32,000 nt of DNA, taken from assembly GCF_000019605.1 (NCBI RefSeq), contig NC_010482.1, positions 1 to 32,000 of the forward strand. The letters are read 5' to 3'. This stretch comes from Candidatus Korarchaeum cryptofilum OPF8. GTDB lineage: Archaea; Korarchaeota; Korarchaeia; Korarchaeales; Korarchaeaceae. Positions 16,441 to 23,891 of the stretch are shown here, piece by piece; the stretch's first letter is position 1; every line of letters starts with the position of its first letter. The notes below the pieces were generated by a model that was not told where the DNA came from, did not search any database, and saw only the letters and a program-made list of their open reading frames with translations. A program made the translations under genes and the position numbers.

Positions 16441-17517
16441 ATGGATGGGACTGATATGAGCGAGCTCACCCAAGGGTTGAGGAAGCTGAGGCTCTCAATG
16501 ATACCAATGCTCCTCTCTGGAATCTCCCTAGCTTTAGCTCACACCCCCCAAGTACTACCGAATGAGTACTCAATCCCAGTCCTAATAGCTTCAGCTTTCC
16601 TCTGCATAGTATCGCTAGCCTTTTTCACTATGGGGATAAGTAGCATATGTGAATCATTGGGGGAGATCTTCTGCAAGTTGAGGAGGCTCTTCAAATACTT
16701 GACACCCGCTCTCCTGATCTTCACTTCTATCTCAGTCTTCTATGGGGTAGAAAGCCCCATCGGAATAGAAGGACTGGTATCGAAACCACCTCTACTAATA
16801 GCGGCGATATTTTTCATAATCCTCCTCCTGTTAATGGCATACTCATTCATAAAGCTCAGCTCATTGTTGGGCTCAAGATCCATGATGCTCGGATCCGCAA
16901 TGATAATTCCATCCCCGTTCGCAGCAATAACTGGCTATGACACAGGCGTGATCATGGGATCGGCATTGGGAATAATAGGATCGCTGATACTCATGCTCAC
17001 CCTGACTAGACTCATAAGGGCTGAGATAGAAGTTGTAGAGGCTGAGGAGGCTCCGCAGGAATATGAAGAAGAGCCCGAGGAAGTTTCTAAGTTAGAGGAA
17101 ATCCCGAAGAGGCCACTGGAGGTCCCTAGGAGGAGACCGGTGGAGGTTCCTAGGAGGGAGGAGATATACGAAGGGATTCATGTAAGGGCTGAGGAGAAGA
17201 GAGCCAGATTATTGGGGCCAAACGGATTAACAATAGAGCTCGAGCTCGGTGTCAGAGCTTTCGGTAGGAGGGATTTCGTAGGATACGTCCCGGAGGAGGA
17301 TCTGGACTACATATCGAGGAGGCACTTCGAGATCAAGGGGACGAAGGAAGGATATTTCATAAGGGATCTGGGGAGCTTAAATGGGACTTGGGTTAACGGG
17401 AACAGGATAGGAAGGGAATTCGTTAAGTTAGTCAATGGAGCTGTCATAGATGTCGCTGAGGTCGCTAGACTCAGGTTCTCATACGAATCGGAGGACCTGG
17501 GTGTGCCCGAGATATGA
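16441..17517 (+). CDS. multi-pass membrane protein with cytoplasmic C-terminal FHA domain
   Basis: About 6 hydrophobic segments in aa 20-190. An acidic/Pro-Arg linker follows. The FHA signature is FGRRDFVGY...ISRRHFEI...YFIRDLGSLNGTWVNGNRI...NGAVIDV. Confidence 0.8.
   Translation: MDGTDMSELTQGLRKLRLSMIPMLLSGISLALAHTPQVLPNEYSIPVLIASAFLCIVSLAFFTMGISSICESLGEIFCKLRRLFKYLTPALLIFTSISVFYGVESPIGIEGLVSKPPLLIAAIFFIILLLLMAYSFIKLSSLLGSRSMMLGSAMIIPSPFAAITGYDTGVIMGSALGIIGSLILMLTLTRLIRAEIEVVEAEEAPQEYEEEPEEVSKLEEIPKRPLEVPRRRPVEVPRREEIYEGIHVRAEEKRARLLGPNGLTIELELGVRAFGRRDFVGYVPEEDLDYISRRHFEIKGTKEGYFIRDLGSLNGTWVNGNRIGREFVKLVNGAVIDVAEVARLRFSYESEDLGVPEI
17110..17157 (+). repeat. 2 x 24-nt in-frame tandem repeat encoding RP(L/V)EVPRR
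   Basis: AGGCCACTGGAGGTCCCTAGGAGG is followed directly by AGACCGGTGGAGGTTCCTAGGAGG, inside the linker of the FHA protein. Confidence 0.8.
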
Positions 17518-18617
17518 ATAGGGGATCCTTAGGGAAAGTAGATAAATACACGCTGATAAGAATGCTGAGAGAAGGGGGATTCTCGAAGGTATTCCTGGCG
17601 AGGAGGGAAAGGGAGCTAGTAGTAGTGAAGCTCCCTAAGGATGATGAGCTATCGAGGTACCTCCTAGCCGAGGAGGCTGAGATACTGGAGGAGGTCTCAA
17701 AGCCAGTGCCTCACGAAAACATCGTCGGATTCATAGAGTGGATCCCCGAAGCCTCAGCTCTCGTCGAGGAGTACGTCCCCGGCCCGACGTTGAGGGAAGC
17801 ATTCTCAGGGAGGATTGCAACGCAGGGAGATGCCATCAGAGTTGCTCTAGGATGCCTCTCAGCATTAGAGAGGATACATTCATTGGGGATCGCTCATGGT
17901 GACATTAAGCCGGAAAACATAATACTTCCTAAGCCATTGCATCCCGTCCTAATCGATATGGGAGTCGCTAGGAGGTTCGGAAGCAAATCTTTAGCTGCTA
18001 CATTGGGATGGAGCGCCCCGGAATTCCTAAAGGGGGAAGTTTCCCCGGAGTCAGATATATATTCAGTTGGGGCACTCCTCCTCTTCATGTTAACCGGAAG
18101 GGATCCTCCTGAGGACCCTTCATCCATAAAGGTCCCAAATAACATCTCCGACAACCTCAAGTATGTCTTGGAGAGATCCCTCAATCCGGAGCCATGGGGG
18201 AGATTCGGGAGCGCTAGTGAGATGTCCCTGGCCCTCATGGGGAGGAAACTGCCCCAAGGAGAGGGGCCGAGACTCGTTATCCAAGGTAAAGTAATAAATT
18301 TGACCTCAAAGATAACGATAGGGAGGATAAAGAGGCAGGGAGGCACTGGAAATGCCGATGTCTGCCTCCAGGAGATAGGGAACAGGAGGCTCTTACCCCC
18401 AGGCCCGCCTCTCGGGTGGGTTGAGATATCTAAGGTAGGCGGGGAGTTCTGGATAAGCGATATGGGCGCACCTGGAGGAGTGTGGATTCAGGAGGGGATG
18501 AGCTGGAAGAGGGTAATGGACTATCCCCTCAAGCACGGTCAACTGATATCTATAGGGCTCAGAGTCAAGGGGAGGATGGCCCTTCCTTATGTCTTGGGTA
18601 GGTTCTATTCACGCTGA
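17514..18617 (+). CDS. Hanks-type Ser/Thr protein kinase with a divergent FHA-like C-terminal domain
   Basis: Kinase subdomains are all present: EGGFSKVF, VVVKL (Lys), HGDIKPENIIL, DMG, SAPE. The C-terminal 120 aa has FHA-like spacing (ITIGR...WVEIS...WISDMGAPGGVWIQ...HGQLISIG). The ATG overlaps the upstream stop (ATGA). Confidence 0.8.
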   Translation: MNRGSLGKVDKYTLIRMLREGGFSKVFLARRERELVVVKLPKDDELSRYLLAEEAEILEEVSKPVPHENIVGFIEWIPEASALVEEYVPGPTLREAFSGRIATQGDAIRVALGCLSALERIHSLGIAHGDIKPENIILPKPLHPVLIDMGVARRFGSKSLAATLGWSAPEFLKGEVSPESDIYSVGALLLFMLTGRDPPEDPSSIKVPNNISDNLKYVLERSLNPEPWGRFGSASEMSLALMGRKLPQGEGPRLVIQGKVINLTSKITIGRIKRQGGTGNADVCLQEIGNRRLLPPGPPLGWVEISKVGGEFWISDMGAPGGVWIQEGMSWKRVMDYPLKHGQLISIGLRVKGRMALPYVLGRFYSR

Positions 18618-18654
18618 TCTCCAAAAAGTTTTTCCGGTAATGTGGGTCGCTTGA

Positions 18655-19461
18655 GTGGTGACTTCGATGAAGAGTGAGGGATCGACGCAATCTAAAGAGC
18701 TGGAGAGCCTGAAATATGTCAAGAGAAAGATAGCTGTGATGAGCGGGAAGGGAGGAGTCGGTAAGACCACTGTCTCCGTGAACATAGCAGCTGAACTCGC
18801 TAGGAGGGGTTATTCCGTCGGCATAATGGATACGGACCTCACGGGACCTAACGTCCCTAGGGCCATCGGTCTACTGGGCTCCCAAGTATATGTCGAGGAG
18901 AACAAGCTGATCCCTGTAGAAGGTCCTTTAGGGATAAAGGCCATTTCACTGGGGTTCATGATAGAGGACGAAGATGCTGTCATATGGAGAGGACCTCTTA
19001 AGGCCAAAGCGATACAGGAATTAGTGGAAGGTACAAAATGGGGGAATTTGGATTTTCTGGTGGTAGATCTCCCGCCTGGAACAGGAGATGAACCATTGAG
19101 CGTGATGCAGCTCATCCCTCTCGATGGCATCGTTATAGTGACCACTCCTCAGAAGATCGCCCTGATGGATGTCAGGAGGGCGATAAGGATGGCTAAGGCT
19201 ATGAACATAAAGGTCCTCGGTCTAATAGAGAACATGAGCTACTTCAAATGCGGTAGTGAGAAGATCAAGATATTCGGGGAAGGTGGCGGCAGGAAGCTCG
19301 CGGAGGAGGAGGGAGTCCCCTTCCTCGGTGAGATCCCAATAGATCCGAAAGTTGTTGAGCTAACTGATGAGGGTAAGCCCATAGTGATGGAGGATCCCGA
19401 GAGCCCTGTAGCTAAGGCATTCAGCGAAATAGTTGATAGGATGCTCGCTCAGATCGGATGA
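18655..19461 (+). CDS. Mrp/NBP35/ApbC-family P-loop ATPase lacking the CxxC pair
   Basis: Deviant Walker A SGKGGVGKTT, DLPPGTGDE, and ENMSYFKCGSEKIKIFG. GTG start; the ATG at 18667 is an alternative. Confidence 0.8.
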   Translation: MVTSMKSEGSTQSKELESLKYVKRKIAVMSGKGGVGKTTVSVNIAAELARRGYSVGIMDTDLTGPNVPRAIGLLGSQVYVEENKLIPVEGPLGIKAISLGFMIEDEDAVIWRGPLKAKAIQELVEGTKWGNLDFLVVDLPPGTGDEPLSVMQLIPLDGIVIVTTPQKIALMDVRRAIRMAKAMNIKVLGLIENMSYFKCGSEKIKIFGEGGGRKLAEEEGVPFLGEIPIDPKVVELTDEGKPIVMEDPESPVAKAFSEIVDRMLAQIG

Positions 19462-19722
19462 CAGTTATTTCAGCTGGTACAGATTCATAAATTTATTTTT
19501 CATATCGTCTTAAAATGTTAAGAAAATTACATAAAGGTGAGCTGAGAAAAAAATAAACTTCCATCTTTTAGATATAAAAACATACAGTAAGTATATTAAA
19601 ATCTCAAATTTTTTTCGATTTACTGGATTTTTAGATGACTCCAATATATGAAACGGTTGCATTGGTAAGTTAAGAATTAGAGCATGTAACATTTATTTAG
19701 GTGATCCCGGAGTTATCGCTCG
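19462..19722. other. AT-rich non-coding island upstream of the PKD surface-protein gene
   Basis: I counted 46 G/C in the 180 nt from 19501 to 19680, about 26 percent, against roughly 50 percent in the flanks. There are many A/T runs and TATA-like strings and no credible ORF. Confidence 0.6.
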
Positions 19723-21264
19723 ATGAAAGCAACGAAAATGTTAGTTTCCACGGGCGTAGCATTAATTCTGCTCATGACGATAAGCGCTTCGGCAGGTACC
19801 GGATGTGAGGCAATCGCATCCTCACTACCTCCACCTAGGATAGTCAGCTTATCATATACAGTTAGGGGAACTACAGTCTACTTCACCGCCGTGGCAGCTT
19901 TCGAGAAAACCACGACAGAAGATAATATGCCAAGGGAGTGGATTTGGGATTTCGGTGATGGGCAAACTCTCAAAAAAACGGGCGGTTATAAGATAAATGA
20001 GACACAAAAGGGCGCTTCTATAATAGCTTATTATGGTATGGACGTCTCCCATACCTACAAGGATTACACTCAATATACAGTTAAGGTGAGCGTGAAGAAT
20101 ACTTGGATGAAGGAATCAAACGTTTACATTGCTACGATAACCGTCAAGAAACCAAATTACCCGCCCGTAGTTGAGCTTAAGGATGTTTATCCAAATCCCG
20201 CGCAACCGAATGAGAAGGTTACATTCGTAGCTGAGGCTTCCGATTCCGACGGTCGCGTAACTACCTTCTACTGGGATTTCGGCGATGGCAATAAGCAGCA
20301 GGGGGCTAACCTAACTAGGGTCACTCACGCTTACTCGAGAGAAGGCACTTACACCGTCACGTTGAAAGTCGCTGATGATAAGGGAGCCATCTCGAATGAG
20401 ACATCCGTCAAGGTTTACGTTAAGTCTAGGATGACTGAGGCGAAGCCCCCGAACAGAGCACCAATCATAACTTCGGTAACGTTCAGCCCGCAGGATCCGG
20501 ACCCTGGGGCTACTATATCATTCAGGGCATCCGCTTACGATCCCGATGGTGATCCGATAACATACACTTGGGATTTCGGTGATGGCACTGTGAGGAAGGG
20601 GGACGCTGAGATCAAGTATACCTACCCGAAGGAAGGTGCTTACACAGTTAAGGTGAAGGCGATCGATTCAAAAGGGCTTGAGTCCTCCTATTATACTGTC
20701 AGTGTCTCTGTGAGAGGAAATAGACCACCTCAGGCTTCCATAATATCCATAAAGACACTCGATAACGTCACATTCCTATTCCAAGGGATGGGCGTCGATC
20801 CCGATGGCAAAGTAGTGGCTTACGAGTGGAATATGGGAGATGGGAAGATATTCACGGGGGAGCTCGAGGGGAACTCCATACCCCACGATTACCTCAACTA
20901 CACATACTCAAAGAGCGGGAATTATACCGTGAGCTTCAGGGTTAAGGATGATAAGGGTGTTTGGTCGAACTGGGTGAGCAGGAAGATAACTGTCAAGATA
21001 CCGGAGATAGCTTCAGCCTCCCTATCCTGGATAGGTCTGGACAACCTATGGATGAGCATAGGGATAGGAGCATTCATTGTGATCTTCGCGAGCTATCTAG
21101 CGGTGAGGGATTCCAATAGAAACGGTTTCGTTGAGAGAGCTAATAGCAGGAAAGTCGTCGTGAGGAAGGACCTGAACAGGAGAGGACAGGGGCCGCGTGG
21201 GAAATACTACAGGGACTATAGGACTTATGTGAGGAAGGGATCGAAGAAATCTCCTTGGGACTGA
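19723..21264 (+). CDS. secreted, membrane-anchored protein with four PKD-like domains
   Basis: N-terminal signal-like segment (MLVSTGVALILLMTISASAGTGC). Four WDFGDG-type repeats: WIWDFGDGQT, FYWDFGDGNK, YTWDFGDGTV, YEWNMGDGKI. A C-terminal TM helix (IGIGAFIVIFASYLAV) and a basic tail follow. Confidence 0.85.
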   Translation: MKATKMLVSTGVALILLMTISASAGTGCEAIASSLPPPRIVSLSYTVRGTTVYFTAVAAFEKTTTEDNMPREWIWDFGDGQTLKKTGGYKINETQKGASIIAYYGMDVSHTYKDYTQYTVKVSVKNTWMKESNVYIATITVKKPNYPPVVELKDVYPNPAQPNEKVTFVAEASDSDGRVTTFYWDFGDGNKQQGANLTRVTHAYSREGTYTVTLKVADDKGAISNETSVKVYVKSRMTEAKPPNRAPIITSVTFSPQDPDPGATISFRASAYDPDGDPITYTWDFGDGTVRKGDAEIKYTYPKEGAYTVKVKAIDSKGLESSYYTVSVSVRGNRPPQASIISIKTLDNVTFLFQGMGVDPDGKVVAYEWNMGDGKIFTGELEGNSIPHDYLNYTYSKSGNYTVSFRVKDDKGVWSNWVSRKITVKIPEIASASLSWIGLDNLWMSIGIGAFIVIFASYLAVRDSNRNGFVERANSRKVVVRKDLNRRGQGPRGKYYRDYRTYVRKGSKKSPWD

Positions 21265-21265
21265 A

Positions 21266-21541
21266 TCAATCCCTTCCGGTTAAGCATTTTATTAACTTAA
21301 TAATGCTCTCCCCCTCCCCCATCTTGTATACCCTCACTCTCCCCAGCTTCACTTCCTCCAATATACCGGCCTTACTCAGGGCCTCTAAGTTCCTCTCGGC
21401 GCTCGTGTAGGAGATCCCCAACTCCCTAGATATCCTACTTATATTAGCTCCTCCTGCATTTATGATGTATTTCAGGATCCTGACCCTCGTCTTGCTCTTC
21501 ATAGCTTCGATTAGCAAGTCCTCCCAATCCAACTCGACCAC
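21266..21541 (-). CDS. small winged-helix (ArsR/TrmB-like) DNA-binding protein
   Basis: TRVRILKYI...ANISRISRELGISYTSAERNLEALSKAGILEE...GRVRVY is an HTH plus wing pattern. The start codon abuts the stop of the upstream rSAM gene. Confidence 0.7.
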   Translation of the reverse strand: MVELDWEDLLIEAMKSKTRVRILKYIINAGGANISRISRELGISYTSAERNLEALSKAGILEEVKLGRVRVYKMGEGESIIKLIKCLTGRD

Positions 21542-22606
21542 CTAAGGAATTACTTCCACCGTATTATTATAGCGGGGATAATAAAGGTCCTCGGCGGATA
21601 TTACTCCCTCTCTGATCAAAGATCTTATTTCCTCTCCATGCTCTAAGACTATCTTTATCGTCTCCTTAGTCACAGTACAGACCTCCCTGAACCCTTCCTC
21701 TCCCCATAAGCGTTCCATGTAAGCGTAGAGGCACCTACCTCCGCAGTATTTGAAGTAATCGCAGCTCTTGCAGGGCTCCCCTATACTGACTTCTCTGATC
21801 CCATTACCCAGCTCCCCGACGACCGCCCAACTAGAGTCAACAGCTATAGGGCAAGCTAAGATCTTACCGTTGGGCAGCAAGGTGAAGCTCTCGCTACCGG
21901 CTCCACAGGGAGGAGAGGGTAGATCCCCGAATAGCTCAGCCCTCATTATTCCTAAGAATGGGACTATCCCCAGAATCTTTCCCTTTCTCATCTCCCCCAA
22001 CCATAAGGAGGCCAGTTTCCTGAGTCCCGGTAGATAAGAGCGCTCCGACCAATCCCTGAAATCCCATCTCTCGGACCAGATGACGTTGAGTTGCCAGTGG
22101 ATGTGATCGAATAGTCCCAAGCTCAGGAGGTGAGTCACTTCTTCATATATATCTGTCCTCTCCCAGGCGGTCATCCTGGCTATTAAATCTCCAGAAAATC
22201 CATATTTTCTCAAATTCCTCGCTGTTTCTATTGCTCTCTTATAATTTCCCTTCCCCCTGCCCTCATCGTTCACTTCAGGCCTCCCATCCACGGAGAGGAG
22301 TATGGAGTCGAAGGACAGCCAGTAGCTCAAGGGTAAACTCTCGAATAGGGTGCCGTTCGTCTGTATTATGAACCTACCTCTCCAGTCCCTCGACTTCAAT
22401 GAATCGATCACATCCATTACTAGCTTGGGATTGAGGAGAGGCTCTCCCCCGTAGAAGGCCACATCGCAACCGGTCCTCACTACCAAATCGACTAGATCCT
22501 CTAATCTATATCCCTCCGACCAAGGTACGAGCTTAGGATCGAAGCTGCCACCGCAGTACAAGCATTTCATGTTGCATTTCCCAGTGGTGGTCACTATCAG
22601 GATCAA
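21542..22606 (-). CDS. radical SAM enzyme with C-terminal SPASM domain (peptide/protein-modifying maturase family)
   Basis: CNMKCLYC (CX3CX2C) at aa 11-18, then FYGGEPLL. The C-terminus has CGAG...ILACP and CKSCDYFKYCGGRC (Cx2Cx5Cx3C), the SPASM signature. TTG start preceded by GGTGG 7 nt upstream. Confidence 0.8.
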   Translation of the reverse strand: MILIVTTTGKCNMKCLYCGGSFDPKLVPWSEGYRLEDLVDLVVRTGCDVAFYGGEPLLNPKLVMDVIDSLKSRDWRGRFIIQTNGTLFESLPLSYWLSFDSILLSVDGRPEVNDEGRGKGNYKRAIETARNLRKYGFSGDLIARMTAWERTDIYEEVTHLLSLGLFDHIHWQLNVIWSERWDFRDWSERSYLPGLRKLASLWLGEMRKGKILGIVPFLGIMRAELFGDLPSPPCGAGSESFTLLPNGKILACPIAVDSSWAVVGELGNGIREVSIGEPCKSCDYFKYCGGRCLYAYMERLWGEEGFREVCTVTKETIKIVLEHGEEIRSLIREGVISAEDLYYPRYNNTVEVIP

Positions 22607-22682
22607 CTGATTCCACCTTCGGGGTATCGGGTTAAGTGGAATGTTTATTTATTTCATATGATCGATTCCCGTCTGATGCCAT

Positions 22683-23891
22683 ATGACCTCGTTGAAGGTT
22701 TCCCTCTCTCGTAGACCTCCCGTTGACGAGCAACCCATAGAGATAGTTGAGAGGAAAGGTATCGGCCATCCGGATACGATAGCGGATGGAATAATGGAGA
22801 GAGTTTCCCTAGAGCTGAATAGGGAGTACCTGAGGAAGTTTGGGGGCCTGCTCCATTACAATGCGGATAAATCCCTACTAGCAGCCGGAGTAACGGAGCC
22901 AGCCTTCGGGGGAGGAAGGGTAATAGAACCTATGCTGATCGTTTTCGGGGATAGGGCAACTACTTCATTCGGAGGAGAATCTATAGATCTTGAGGAGGTA
23001 GTGAAGAGAGCGGCTAAATCCTGGATAAGGGAGAACCTGAGGTTCGTGGATCCGGAGCGTCATGTGAGATATCAAGTGGAGATGAAGCAGGGAAGCGCTG
23101 AGCTGACGGATATATTCAGGAGGGGGAGCAAGATAATGGGGGCTAACGACACATCAGCAGCCGTGGGTTATGCACCACTTTCAAGGACGGAAAGGGTCGT
23201 TTTAGATGTAGAAAGGTTCCTGAATTCGAGGGAATTTAAGAGGGATTTCGAGGAGACGGGTGAGGACGTTAAGGTAATGGGGAGCAGATATGATAATAAA
23301 TTGGACCTCACGATAGCTCTAGCATTCGTCGATAGGTTCATATCAAGCGAAGATGAGTATTTCAAGAGGAAGGATGAAGTCCTGGAGAGGATAAATTCCT
23401 TCCTCAAGGAGAGGTACAGCGATGCCTTCGATTCCATAGAGGTCCACTTGAATACGCTTGACGTCAGGGGTAGAGGAGTTGGAGGGGTCTACCTGACCGT
23501 CTTGGGCACCTCGGCTGAAGGAGGAGACTCCGGTCAAGTTGGAAGGGGGAATGGAGTGAATGGAGTGATATCCTTGATGAGACCCAGGAGTTCAGAAGCT
23601 GCAGCTGGAAAGAACCCTGTGAGTCACGTGGGGAAGATATACAACGCTTATGCATATGAAATGGCTAGAGAGATAGTGAAGGAAGTGCCATCGATAAAGG
23701 AAGCTTACGTTTGGCTCCTCAGCAGGATAGGTTGGCCCATAAACGAACCGACTCTAATAGCCGCCGAAGTACATACAGAATCTAACTTCGAGGAGATAAG
23801 GAAGCAAGTGGAAGAGGTTTTACTGAGGGGGATATCCAGGATAGATCAATTCGTTGAGAAGCTCATAGATGGTGAGATACCGGTCTACTGA
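22683..23891 (+). CDS. metK: archaeal-type S-adenosylmethionine synthetase
   Basis: ERKGIGHPDTIADGI near the N-terminus, and the ~400-aa length, are characteristic of the archaeal MAT family. A TATA-like GTTTATTTATTTCAT lies about 30 nt upstream. Confidence 0.9.
   Translation: MTSLKVSLSRRPPVDEQPIEIVERKGIGHPDTIADGIMERVSLELNREYLRKFGGLLHYNADKSLLAAGVTEPAFGGGRVIEPMLIVFGDRATTSFGGESIDLEEVVKRAAKSWIRENLRFVDPERHVRYQVEMKQGSAELTDIFRRGSKIMGANDTSAAVGYAPLSRTERVVLDVERFLNSREFKRDFEETGEDVKVMGSRYDNKLDLTIALAFVDRFISSEDEYFKRKDEVLERINSFLKERYSDAFDSIEVHLNTLDVRGRGVGGVYLTVLGTSAEGGDSGQVGRGNGVNGVISLMRPRSSEAAAGKNPVSHVGKIYNAYAYEMAREIVKEVPSIKEAYVWLLSRIGWPINEPTLIAAEVHTESNFEEIRKQVEEVLLRGISRIDQFVEKLIDGEIPVY

Noticed and set aside
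19510-19692. 60-aa minus-strand ORF inside the AT-rich island
   Set aside because: The composition is purely AT-driven (Phe, Ile, Lys, Leu, Asn). I see no RBS and no recognisable domain. It is more likely non-coding, though a small RNA or micro-protein cannot be excluded.
19462-19722. Possible replication origin in the AT-rich island
   Set aside because: I could find no repeated origin-recognition-box-like elements or inverted mini-ORB pairs. No cdc6/orc1 gene is adjacent.
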